DNA of 64,000 nucleotides, from contig CM060733.1 of assembly GCA_030704615.1 (NCBI GenBank), forward strand, positions 61,814,001 through 61,878,000, in the 5' to 3' direction. A program made the translations under genes and the position numbers. Positions 25,101 to 36,549 of this stretch are shown here, piece after piece. The notes beneath the pieces are model-generated. The model searched no databases and was not told the origin of the DNA. It saw only the letters and a program-made list of their open reading frames with translations. Each line of letters opens with the position of its first letter. Position 1 is the stretch's first letter. This stretch comes from Takakia lepidozioides (taxonomy: Eukaryota; Plantae; Bryophyta).

Positions 25101-28100
25101 GATCCCTCCCTTCGGCACGTAGAGATGCTTTTGCTTATACCGGAGCAGTCCATTTTGCAAGTGGAACTGCGATTTAACCCCCATCCTCACCCGCGATCTT
25201 GGCGAAAATTCTCACATACTTCCAGTAATAGGAGGCGAGTCCTAGGAAGGATCGCACTCCCGGGACCGAAGTCGGAGGCTCCCAGTCCAAGATTGCCCTC
25301 ACCTTCCTGTCATCCATTCTGATCCCATCCTGTGTAATCACATGCCCCAAGAACTCCACTTTTGTGACCCCGAATTCGCACTTTGAAGCTCTGGCATACA
25401 GCTTCCCTTCCCGCAATTTCTGGAACACCCTTTTGAGGTGCTCCAGGTGCTCCTCCTTTGTTTTCGAATACACCAAGATGTCGTCGATGTACACGATCAC
25501 AAAGTCATCCAACCACTATTGGAAAAGGTTGTTCATCAGCGTGCTAAAGGTCGCGGGAGTGTTGGTGAGTCCAAAAGGCATCACCAAGAACTCATATGAA
25601 CCATACCTTGTCCTGCACGCGGTCTTCTCCTCATCTCCTTCCGCCACTCGAATTTGATGATAGCCGGAGCGCAGATCGATCCGGCTGAAATACTTTGCTC
25701 CTGCCAACCGATCGAAAAGGTCGTCGATCCTTGGCAAAGGGTACCGGTTTTTGATAGTCACCTTATTCAAAGCCCTGTAATCAACACACATCCGCAGCGT
25801 CCCATCCTTCTTGTCTGCGAATAGCACCGGGGCTCCGTAAGGTGACTTACTCGGCCGGATGTACCCCTTTGACATTAGATCTTTGAGTTGAGTCTTCAGC
25901 TCGACCAACTCTCTGTGGCTCAACTGGTAGGGTGCCTTGGCAGGCGGTTCCAATCCCGGTATCACCTCAATCTTGTGGTCAACTCCTCTTCGCGGTGGCA
26001 AGCCGCTTGGTAAATCCTCCGGCATCACATCCTGGTATTTCTCCAAAATCCCCTTGATCCAATCTGGGCTTGGCTCCCCATCGCCTTCTCCCTTCACTTC
26101 TCTAATGTAGAGCAAAAACTGGGGCTCGTGTGCCTCCTCCACGACCCACTCCCTTGCTGACAGAAGGTTTATTCTCCCTCCCACGGGTTTGGGCGTTTCC
26201 GACACTCGTAAGACCTCGCCACCATTCCCACATGGCAGCGTGACTACTCTCTTGCGACCATCTATGACCGCTCCGGATTTGCTCAAAAAGGTCATCCCCA
26301 AAATGAGATCCACTCCATCGATCTCGCAGATGGTGAAGTTCTCACGTCCCTCCCAACTCCCCAGTTGAAGAGGAACATCAAACGCCAACCTTGTCGCCAA
26401 TTGCGGTTCTCCTTTGGCAGAACGCACCTCAATAGAGGCCCCCACGTCACTTGTCGGGAGTCCCAGCTTTTGTGCCGTTGCCGGTGTCATGAAGGAGTGC
26501 GACGCTCTTGTGTCCACCAACAACAACACGTTAGTTCCGGATATTATCCCATCCACGAACAATAACTGACTCCCTTTACGTAAGGCGTCAGTTTCCTGAT
26601 ACAACTCACAAGAAAATTTACCTACCTTGCAAGTCCTGGCGACCACCGCTTCCACCAAGCGACTGATGGTATCTTCCGACAGCTCTGTGGTCGCCCGAGT
26701 CATGTTCAATTGTCGGGGCTTCGTGCACTTCTTGGCCATGTGCCTGGGCTCCCAGCAATTGAAACACACTCCATCAAAGGTCGCCTTCTGTCCGCCATAG
26801 GCCGCTCCACCCGCTTTTCCTTTGGAAGCACCGGGTGCCGCCTTGACTTGTGAAGGCCCTCCCTTTGATTTCCACGTGTCATTGTCGCCGCGTGGCCTAT
26901 CCCACTTCTTTTCCGGTCGGAAGGAGTCACCTTTCCGCCGGGTCTTCTTGTGGTTCACCTCCGTAGAGCCTTGTCTTTCACCCTTAGGGACATCCGAGAA
27001 ACATTCAGCCCTCTCAATTGCCACGTTCAAAGTCTTAAGTGACTTCTTCTCCAACTTCCGCCTGGTCCATGGGGCCAGTCCCGCCACAAAGTTGAAGACC
27101 ATTTCTGGTTTTGCCATGTCCGCGACTTCGAGCAACAGCACATTGAAAGCCTGGACATATCCCCGAATGACATTTGTTTGCTTCAAATTCCTCATCTTGT
27201 CCCGGGCTAGCCAGGACGCGTTGAGGGGCACAAACTGCCTCTTCATCAATTCCTTGAACCCACTCCAGTTCAAAGTTTCCGGGCTTGGACCTCGGTCGTG
27301 AAGGCGTTTTTGCCACCATTGTTGAGCATAGCCCCTCAAATAGGTGGGAGCCACTTCCACCCGATCCTCGTCACTCAACTTGGCCGCCCGGAAGTACTGC
27401 TCTAGCTCCAAGAGCCAGGTGTTGAGTGCCTTCCGATTTCGGACGCCCTCGAAGGTGCCGGGTTCCTTAGGCTTCACCTTAAACTTTGCCTTAGTGGAAG
27501 TGGCATTAGCCGCCTTCAACACGTCTTTCAACGTCCCGCCAAATTGCGCCAACAACCCTTCCCAAAAGGCTGCCGGCATGGGAGGCATCTGTTGGTCGGT
27601 CGAAGCTCTCAGGGATTCCTCAGGCTCCGACTCCTCAGATTCCTCCCGTTCTTGAGCGGCCTCGTTTTCGGAAACATGTTTCGCTTCCTCAAACGGCCGC
27701 CTCGGTGACACGTCACCCCCATCGGGCTCACTAGGATCATCATCTTTTGGGCCGTTACGCTTTTGCTTTGGCTTGCCCGACCCCATGATGAGGCCAATCC
27801 CAAGGACGATCGCGTACTGAACTCTAAGCGCTGATACCAAGTGTCGCGCACCTCACTTCGGTAAACTCCCCCACCTCAAGTCATAGTTACTCGCTTGATG
27901 CGCGCGCCTAACTCCCAACCTGGCCGCCGGGCCAACTTGGAGCTCCGGCTGCTCACCGGGGCATAACGGTCCCCCTTTGGTCTCCCAAAGAACCCTCCAA
28001 CGATTTGGAACCAGCGGGAATTCCCTTTGGTAGTTGCCAGTCCGGAACAGCTCCCCACTCTTTGGTCGCTTTCCGGCTCGCTCGCTTACTCACTAGTTTT

Positions 28101-28570
28101 TGGTCACCAACGGGCTTGCACCGTTCTCGGGGTTACTACTCCCTATATATACTTCTGTAGCTGTCCGCGGGGGTTTCACAAACAACCATGCCATTTTATG
28201 GCGAACCACCACGAACACCCTCGACTCCCGGTGATGAGTCGCGGTGAGTCTTGGCCCACCCACCACGGCCCAAGTGGACCGTGATGAGTCCCAAGACTCC
28301 CCACGACTCCCACCACGAGGTCTCCGCCCCAGGGTGAGTCCTATGCCACCCCCACTAAGTCCCGGTAAGCTACCACCACCCCTTGTGGAGCCACCCCCAC
28401 CGCAACCCGGTGTGCGGGGCTCCACCTAGTGAGCGCCTCCGCCTCCTTGAGTGCCTTTGCACTCAAGGGTGCTTCAGCCCCTCATACCTATCGCTGCCAC
28501 TGCCCCCACCACAAGGGCAGCCCCTCTTGTGTCCCGACCCCCCTTGCCCTCAAAGCAAAGGGCCGCGACA
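22177..28570 (-). mobile_element. Ty3/Gypsy chromovirus LTR retrotransposon (both LTRs present, RNase H deleted)
   Basis: 729-bp LTRs 22177-22905 and 27842-28570 (TG...CA), TSD GATAT (22172-22176, 28571-28575), PBS TGGTATCAG (27831-27839, minus), purine tract next to the left LTR. Gag-PR-RT-IN-chromodomain on the minus strand. Confidence 0.95.
23754..27840 (-). pseudogene. Gag-Pol of the chromovirus (gag, zinc knuckle, protease, RT, integrase, chromodomain)
   Basis: 25516..27840: [51 protein letters not shown]. 25174..25512: YIDDILVYS. 24642..25190: HDSPLAGH...CTTC, SMDF, SDRDPKF. 24390..24635: TDGQTER. 23754..24341: PYAGPF and chromodomain YEVEAVL...YLVKWKGY. Stops and frameshifts present. 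Confidence 0.92.
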
Positions 28571-29419
28571 GATATTCGGTGCCGAATTTCCGTCCAGGGG
28601 TTGTATTGTGACGGCCAGGTGCCGGCCTCTCCCCCCGAGCCGACTGCATCCGAACGACCCCGGATGTAAATTCGGCGCCGTTTTTCCATCCGGGGAGGTT
28701 TTTATGTCGGCCAGTTTTCGGCCTGACCCCCCGACATGACTTCCTTTGGGGGGGCCCGGATGGAAATTCGGCGCCGAATTTCCATCCGGGGTCGGACAGG
28801 TGCCGGCCTCTCCGCCCGAGGCGACTTCATCCGGGCGGCCCCTGTTGGATATTCGGTGCCGAATTCCCGTCCGGGGGTTGTAATGTGACGGCCATGTGCC
28901 GGCCTCTCCCCCCGAGCCGACTGCATCCGAACGGCCCCGGATGTAAATTCGGCGCCGTTTTTTCCATCCGGGGAGGTTTTTATGTCGGCCACTTTTCGGC
29001 CTGACCCCCCGACACGACTTCCTTTGGGGGGCCCGGATGGAAATTCGGCGCTGAATTTCCATCCGGGGGATGTTCTCTGTCGGACAGGTGCCGGCCTCTC
29101 CGCCCGAGTCGACTTCATCCGGGCGGCCCCTGTTGGATATTCGGTGCCGAATTTCCATCCGGGGTTGTAATGTGACGGCCCGGTGCCGGCTTCTCCCCTT
29201 CAGCCGACATCATCCGGGTGGTCCCCCACTTTCTGACTGCAAACCGTTGGCAGTTATTGCGCAAAGATCAGGGGCCGCATTCCGGAGACAATGTTCATTA
29301 ACACTCTGACTGTGGATTTTTGAGATAGTTGGCTCCCTGGATTTGGATGAGGCTTCATCGCTCGGACAAATCGGCACCGCATTCCTTCCCATCGGTGCAT
29401 CCCCCTTCTACCAGGGAGC

Positions 29420-32400
29420 TTGCCCGCACGCCATCTTGGCAGTCTTGTGTGCACATCTCCCATGGCGGAAAACCCGAGCGCTATAGTGTACTGCCCTCCT
29501 CACGAGCATAGAGCTTCATTTCCGTGCAGAGGCGACATCTGCCGTGTGATGGAGAAATATCTGTGCGTTCGATACCACCTGAAACCGGGGTCGGTTTTTT
29601 TGGAGGAGGAAAGGAAGGACTCAAACGGCCTTGTTGTCGAGAGTATTGTTGTGCTCCACGATGATTTCGGCGATGGCAGGGAATGGCGAGTTCCACCATC
29701 AGACAGCGTCATATACAGGGCAGTTGGGGACTTCATTTGCCCACCAAATGCACCTTCTATCCTGGCGCCTTCCACGAAACAATCCGCGAATCAGAGAGTG
29801 GGTACCTCAAAGAGAGAAGTCCGCAACGAAGTAAATCCAAAGCCCAACCCATCAATGAAGACGAGCGAGAACCGGGTTGTTCACAACCTGTCCGACTCCG
29901 ACGAGGTCATGCAAGTTCCGAGATCGTCCTGGAGATCAGGCAAGTCCTCAATGGACGTCAGTGGATGAGGGAGTCATATTCCTTGCACGAGCACCGCAGT
30001 TCGATCCATTCTTGAAATTCTGCGAGGGCTTCACATGGATGGACACCGCTCGGAGCTGGCCGGGCTGGACTACAGCAAGTTTGCAATTAAATCGGTTACA
30101 TGCCTTCCCACAGACGTCGACGGTAATATCTTCTTTGAGTTCCCTCCTCGGACGGACTACTCGAGGGCGTCCGGAATGTTGACAGATATGGATAGAAAAC
30201 ATGATGGTTATCCTTGGTGCGTCACCGAAACCACCAGCATGAAGATGCTCGATGGTGTGCGGGTGCGCTACGTTGTTTGTGCGGGCGCGTTGCGGTGTTT
30301 CTCCCCAACTTGCTTCCATTTTAAATCCAGAGGTCACAGGAACGAGACCGATTGGACAGGCACAGCTCATCAACCATTTTGAGCTCAGGAGAAGGTTCCG
30401 AACTCCACATTTAAGTGTGCGCATTGCAAAGAACCACCACACTGCATGTCTGTTTGTAATGCCAAGCAGTTCTATGTGTTGCACCGTTTCCCTGACCTCA
30501 CCCGAGCTGGCATACACGTTGGTTCCCATTGTCACAAATTGGCGAGGGGGAACTCGCGGGAGGCTGCCCACGAGGCAAAGCAGCTCGTTCAGGAGGAGGT
30601 TAAGTTTAGACCGGGTGCCAAACCCAAACAGATACAACTCCAAGCCGCCCATAAGATGGCATTGGCCAGAATTATGTCGGAAGACGGCTCTGATAGAGTT
30701 CCTCTCGATGAGAAGGAAATGGAGGCATTGCTGGAGTCGGTGTCCCACGTCTGTTCACCGAACGTCCGAAACCACATTGTCTCATGCAAACAGAAAATTG
30801 GGCGTGGCTCGGATATGCACTCCATTTTGGAGGTGAAGCGACGATGTGGATATGACTACATTCATGGAAGTAGGTTTCCAGGACAAGGGACTGAGGCAGA
30901 TCGTTGTTTCGTATTCAAAATGTCCACGTGTGGACCTGGCAGCGGCGTTGAACTGGTCGACAAGATGACGAGTGGGGACTTGTCAAACAGTTGGGTCATG
31001 TTCGACCATATCAAGCGAATTACAAATCACCAGTGGGTGACAATGGGTGCACATGTCTACGACACCCACTGCAGGATCCTAATGACAATTGCTATTTGTG
31101 AGATGAAAGGAGTGGACACACAATCGGAGATGCTTCTTTGGCAGGGAATAAACGATTAGATGGCCAAGGCGGGATTGCCCCCTCCCAATTTCGGTGGTTT
31201 CATGGCGGACAACGCACAAGCAAATTGGGCTGCCATCCGAAGGGTGTACGGGCAAGACCCCAATGTTCCCATGGAAGGCAAGGAGAGATCTTGTGGGTTC
31301 CATTTTCTACAGAGCCTTTCGCAGTACACAACCAGGCTGGTGGCGCCAGATTTCAGAGAGGAGCACCGTTCCATGTGTCTTGCGTGGAAGCGCGCTCCCA
31401 CCTTGGATGATGCAGAGACACAGTTTGTATGTATACGGGCTTGGTGGACATCGTCAGGTGCTGTAAGGAAATCAGACGAGGGAGCAATGGTCAGTTGGCT
31501 AGCTTGGTGGCATTATCGTTTCCTCCAGTTCGGCGACTATATGCGGGAGGTGAGTTGCACGAATTCGCGTCCCATTGAATATTATTCTTGGCATTATTTG
31601 TAACTTGCTTGTAACCTCAACATGTGCTTGTGCAGGAAATGTGTCTCAACTCCGACACCGACATGCCCACGACAAACATGGCTGAATCAGTGCATTCTTC
31701 CTGGCGTGCCTCCTCTGCGGCGCATCTGGTGGACATCCTCACTGCCACAACGGAGGACATTGTGAGGTCAATTATGCAGCAATGCAGGTACAACGAGTTC
31801 TTGAAAGGGAAACAGTGGGGCTTGGGGCCGGACAGGCAGGAAATGCTGATGCGGACTGCCTCCAAATCGAAGAATCCTCGGAAGTGGGCGGCGGCCTTGC
31901 GAGAGGGCCTTTGGGACACGCCATTGCTTCGAAGAGGCCAACATTTGGAAGGAGATGTTCATACCCGTCCAGTGAGACGAAGACTTGACGAGGCACCTGG
32001 CGGGGAAGAGGATTCATGGCGAGCTGACAAGAATATTCGCACGCTCCCTCGTGGTCCCGTGATGTTGTCCGAGGAGGTCTCGTCGAGCACCGCAAGTCCT
32101 GCACGTTCAAGATCGCCATCTCCTTTGAGCATAGGGCACGTGCTCGAGGAACATAACGAACCATCTGTAGTAACGCAGTACAACATACCCATTGTGGAGA
32201 CAAGAGTGTCGGAGTCACAGTGGAGAATTGCAAGGACATTGCCGACATTTCGAGGGAAGTGTTGCGCCATTCGGGTGGATACGAGAGCACGTTGTGGTGA
32301 GATGATTCGGAGGAACCCACATGGTGCTGTACCTGCACCTTGTTTCAGCGGCAGATTTTTGACTCCCACATTTGCTCACGCCACAACGCAGACGTTTTGG

Positions 32401-33053
32401 TTCTGTAGGCACGACATAATGACCTGTGTATTTGGCAAGCCCAAGTACGGGATTCAGGGAATGTCGGAGCCTCCGGACGTCTGGCCTGTTGCACCGGGTT
32501 GCAGCCTCTCTCAGAATGAGGCGGATGCTCTATCTACAACATGATTTTGAATGGTGCAACGCACAGACGTCCCGGCCCACGCATTTCCAGTTCCTCAGAC
32601 CCAGCCATTGCAGACTGCTCGGTCCAGTAGAGACGGATTGGACAATTTTGCACATCCCACAATGCGATTCGGAAGAGTGAAGAGACGACGCCTCCCAACA
32701 AGTTGAATGAGACTCGGATTGCCAATGCTCTTGGGATGGCTTGCACTATTCAAAGCTCCGTGGACGTACCTCCACCCGGCCTTGGGCGTGTTTATCGGAT
32801 GGCAACGGCCGGCTCGGCTGTTCGCGACGATGTATACACAATTACGATTGGAGTGGAGCCGACTTGCAATTGTACGGACTTCTCGTTGATGGAAGCACAG
32901 AAGGGTTCAAAGTATTATCCGTGCAAGCATCTGTATTACATTGACCTGAAGAGGTTGAGGATGAACGTGACTATTGATGACTTTATTCATGCACCGGCGT
33001 TGAGCGTGAACGAGCTGCACAAACTCCTCCTTAGGGATTCCAGAAATCATTGA
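29420..33053 (+). pseudogene. MULE transposase with N-terminal GCM-like Zn domain and C-terminal SWIM finger
   Basis: CAGALRC...CAHC...C.A...HVGSHCH; DDE core VMFDH...FMADN...CGFH, then intron 31550-31635, then TTNMAESVHSSW; SWIM CNCTDF...PCKHLY (32703..33053). In-frame stops at 29966, 30380 and 31157, plus 3' frameshifts. Confidence 0.88.
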
Positions 33054-33204
33054 TGGGGCAAAAGGAATCCTCCATATGGATATTTTCAATTGCATTTTCA
33101 TGTATCAGACTTTTTTTTGCAGTGTAATGAAATGCACCCCAAAACTCCTGGAATGAGGCAATATTCCATTCAAACTGAGGTCCAACAGAAGCAGTTGTGG
33201 GGCC

Positions 33205-33380
33205 ATTTCTGGAAAAATGGCGCCGAATTTCTCTATTTTGGCCCGAAAACTGGTTAAGTCCCAACATGCACTGGTACCCCTGTGTCTGGGAAAATGGCGC
33301 CGAATTTCCCTATTTTGGGCCGAAAACTAGCTAAGTCCGAACATGCTCAGGAACGATGTCTGGAAAAATGTCGCCGAATT
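33205..33380 (+). repeat. Right subterminal ~72-75-bp tandem repeats of the MULE
   Basis: TCTGGAAAAATGGCGCCGAATTTC...CGAAAACTGG(C/T)TAAGTCC repeated about 3 times; the same repeats recur at 59805-60000. Confidence 0.8.
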
Positions 33381-33384
33381 ATTG

Positions 33385-35177
33385 CTACGACTCCGGAGTC
33401 ATTGACGCAACTTCTATCCGCCATCTGAAATGCCCCCGTGGGCCTTCATTGTCCGTTGCGACTCTCCAGTAGTAACGTGTACTGCGAAGTTGTTCCCGAA
33501 GTGGTTTCGGGCACGCAGTCGATTCGGAAAAGACACGAATGCTTGTAGTGTTGGGTTGTAGCAGAAATGGTTGTTTGCTGGCTGGTCGATGTTGGCTGAT
33601 ATGTCCAGCGCACATACTTAGAGATGGCCAGTCCCATGGGAAACCTGAAATGCAGCTTACAGCAGTAGTGCTCCCACCATAGAGATCCACCCCGTTAGAA
33701 TTTACAGCATTAGCGTTCGGAGGCCTATCTGCGAAGGGTATATCATAAGGGGTGTGAACCATCATTTTCATGTCATAGTGAAACAGCTCATCATGAGTAA
33801 GTCGATGCAAGTCAGTGTAATGTTTAGAGTGGAGCGTGCACACCTGGGGGAGTGGTGTCGGCAGATCCAATGCGGGTGAGATTGGGGGGTGGGCTGTTGG
33901 TATGACTCGACGTGATCTGAGAACCGGTTCTGTGGAAAACTTGCATTAGAGGCAGTTGAGGCTGTAATCTCCCAGTGAGCAGCATAGGTGGCAGCATTAG
34001 TGCAAGTCAAGTCCTTATTTGAAGCAATCATCTGTAGATGCAACATCAAAGCAAGATCTGATGAAGCTCGTTCCGTGCTGTTTGCGGTGGTGATGGAATG
34101 AATGAGGCACCCAAGTTGATGGAAGAATAGAGCAGTAGGTTATTGCACCGGCATCCAAGCCAATTCATATGAATCTGCCATGCTGACCTGTATGAACAGC
34201 TTGCAGGCAGCCTTGCATGGAGACTGCTAAGACTTGGGGCAACCATCCTTGAGAGCATAGTTTTGTGATCATGTTCTGGATTGGTGGGAGGAGAGAGCAA
34301 GCGGAGGTTCCAGGGGGGCAGCAGCCATCCCTTGTTCCGACAGGCAAGGTGTCCAAATTCTGCTTCTGGAGAGGCCCAACAATGCTGTCAGGTCAAGAAA
34401 CCTCGTCACTTCAGCATGAGTTAACTGTTGATGCCGAGCCATATACAGTAGCCTATTTGTTTTGAAGTTCACAAGCAGCAAGGGGTGTGCTAGTGCATAA
34501 TGGTCGAGTAGAATAGGTCAGTGGTGAGTGGCACAGCCGTCACCATGGTGGCAGTGTCGTTGCCTTGTGTATTGGTTCCCGGGAGGGGGCGACAAACTCG
34601 TCATGCGGAAGTCAAAAGGCCCCACGGGGCGTTTGTCGCACAGCCGTCGAGGGTTGGGTGCCTTCATCTGGTTCACATGAACCTTATGAAGTTGCATATG
34701 TGGGAACTCCGACCTTAACATCTAACTGCTGTTGTACTTAGCAAAGTTTTGAGCAGGGCTAAGACACACTAAAAATGTGAGTTGCGCACCGACAGCCTTG
34801 TGCGAGCAACAATCCCTTGCATTTCGGCCATTGAGAAGCTTGAGTTGCTGAAAGATGCAGCAATGAAGGAGCTCATGAGTAGGTCGTTCCATCATGTTGA
34901 GAATGTAAGGTTGAGATGTGGCCAACATACCCATCCTTAGGGGGCTCATGAGAATGCAACGGAGGTCGGTAGGCGGTGCTTCATGACACAGCTGGTTCTG
35001 GTTCTGCAGAACTACGGATGCCTGGGAGGTGCGCTTCTCCGTATGCCCAAAAGTTGTCGAGCCAACACACTGGCTAACAGGGGTTTTGAAGCACGGTGCA
35101 ATGTCCTGGCACCCAAGCACACTATGGAGTGGTAGTACTCCGGCAATTAGAATAAACATCACATAGTAAAATAGCAT
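33385..35177 (-). other. Degenerate coding-like region of unknown family (signal-peptide-like start, Cys-rich)
   Basis: Chain of minus-strand ORFs from 34722..35177 (MLFYYVMFILIAGVLPLHSVLGC..., many Cys) to 33385..33870. No family recognised. Confidence 0.3.
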
Positions 35178-35189
35178 GTGGAGCCCTAC

Positions 35190-36500
35190 GAGCTAACTTA
35201 TAGAATTCAATATGCAAATTCAGGGTAGGCCTGATGAGAGGGCAAAACAGGCTGAAATAGGTTGAAGAAGAAGGTGCCTTCACCACATTGTCCCCGACCT
35301 TGCCTCATGATCCATGGAGGATGGACAAACTTCTTCACATCGTACATTAAGAAAAAACAACACCTTGCAATAGCGGTTGTCCCACAATTTCAGCTTTGAC
35401 GATGTCACCATGGACCTCTTTGCCCTTTTCGAGGGCTGCCAGGCTTGCACACGAATTGCAAACGCAAACAAACATTATGTGGTTGGGCTTCACCCCTTCC
35501 CTAACATTTGCTCATAAGTCTCCAAAGTCTCCATCCCGCGCCCAAGCTGTGCATATCTTGCGATCATGGCGTTACAAGACACCACATCTCGTTCAGTCAT
35601 ATTGTCGAACACTCTCTTTGCATCCTCGATGCACCCACAATTGGCATACATGTCCACGAGGGTATTGTTCAGAACAATATTTGGTTCAATTCCTGCTTTG
35701 ATGATGTCACCATGGACCTCTCTGCCCTTTTCCAAGGCTGCTAGGCTTGCACATGCATTGCAGACACAAATAAAGATGATGTGGTTGGGCTTCACCCCCT
35801 TCCCACATATTTGCTCATAGGTCTCCAAAGCCTCCATCCCGCACCCATGTTGTGCATATCCTGCAATCATTCCGCTCCAAGACACCACATTTCATTCAGC
35901 CATTAGATCAAACACTCCATTTGCATCCTCAATGCACCCACATTTAGCATACATGTCCACCAGGGTACTACTCAGAATGACATCTGGTAAAATTCCAGCT
36001 TTGACAATGTCCCCATGGACTTCCTTGCCCTTATCCAGTGCTGCCAGGCTTGCACACAACTTGCAAACCTAACCTGGGGTGATCTGGTCGGGCTTCACCC
36101 ATTCCCTCATCATTTGCTCATAGGTCTCCAAAGCCTCCATCCCGTGCCCCTGTTGTGCATAAGCTGTGATCATCGTAGTCCAAGACAACACATCTCGTTT
36201 GGCCATATTGTCCAACACTCCATTTGCATCCTCGATGCTCCCACATTTCGCATACATGTTCATCAGAGCAGTGTTCAGAACAACATCTGGTACGATTCCA
36301 GCTTCGACAACGTCAGCATGGACCTCTTTGCCTTTTTCCAGGGCTGCCAGGATTACACACGCATTGCAAACACAAACATGGGTGATGTACTTCATGTGTC
36401 GATGTACAAAGGCGAGGGTGGATGTGTACGAAAAGGAAAAAGGAAATGAAGGAAGAGGGGCTGCACTCGTCGGAGTAGATGAGGGAAGGGAAGACAAAGG
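35190..36500 (-). pseudogene. PLS-class PPR tandem array ending in a PDF-like module
   Basis: Three P-L-S triplets (36069..36497, 35490..35888 etc.: NTALMNMYAKCGSIEDA, VVSWSGMIAGYAQHG, CNACASLAALEKGREVH) followed by KLWDNR...NVRCEEVCP, which matches 10019-10261. Frameshifted. Confidence 0.85.
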
Positions 36501-36549
36501 AGATGGAGGTCGCGTCTGACTTGCAAATCTCGCTAAGTTCTCAGCCCCC

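Larger units (their letters stand above)
21540..29170. repeat. Array of 30-36-bp palindromes (core GGATGGAAATTCGGCGCCGAATTTCCATCC), split by the Ty3 insertion
   Basis: About 8-9 variant copies at 21540-22135 and about 7 at 28571-29165. A perfect 36-bp palindrome CCCGGATGGAAATTCGGCGCCGAATTTCCATCCGGG lies at 28755-28790. Confidence 0.9.
16815..33380. mobile_element. Mutator-like element carrying a ParB-DNA-methyltransferase gene, palindrome array and GCM/MULE/SWIM transposase (right terminus truncated; contains nested Ty3)
   Basis: The left end GCTATTTCATGAGTGGCATGAGCATGAGCGG (16821) is the inverted counterpart of the terminus CCGCTCATGCCGCTCATGCTCATGAAATAGC (60325-60355) that follows the same transposase 3' repeats in copy 2. 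The two genes are divergent and separated by the palindrome array. Confidence 0.7.

Noticed and set aside
28383-29310. Many overlapping ORFs in the LTR and palindrome arrays (also 21387-22209 and 62153-63979)
   Set aside because: These are by-products of GC-rich repeats; the recurring MEIRRRISI peptide is simply the palindrome translated.
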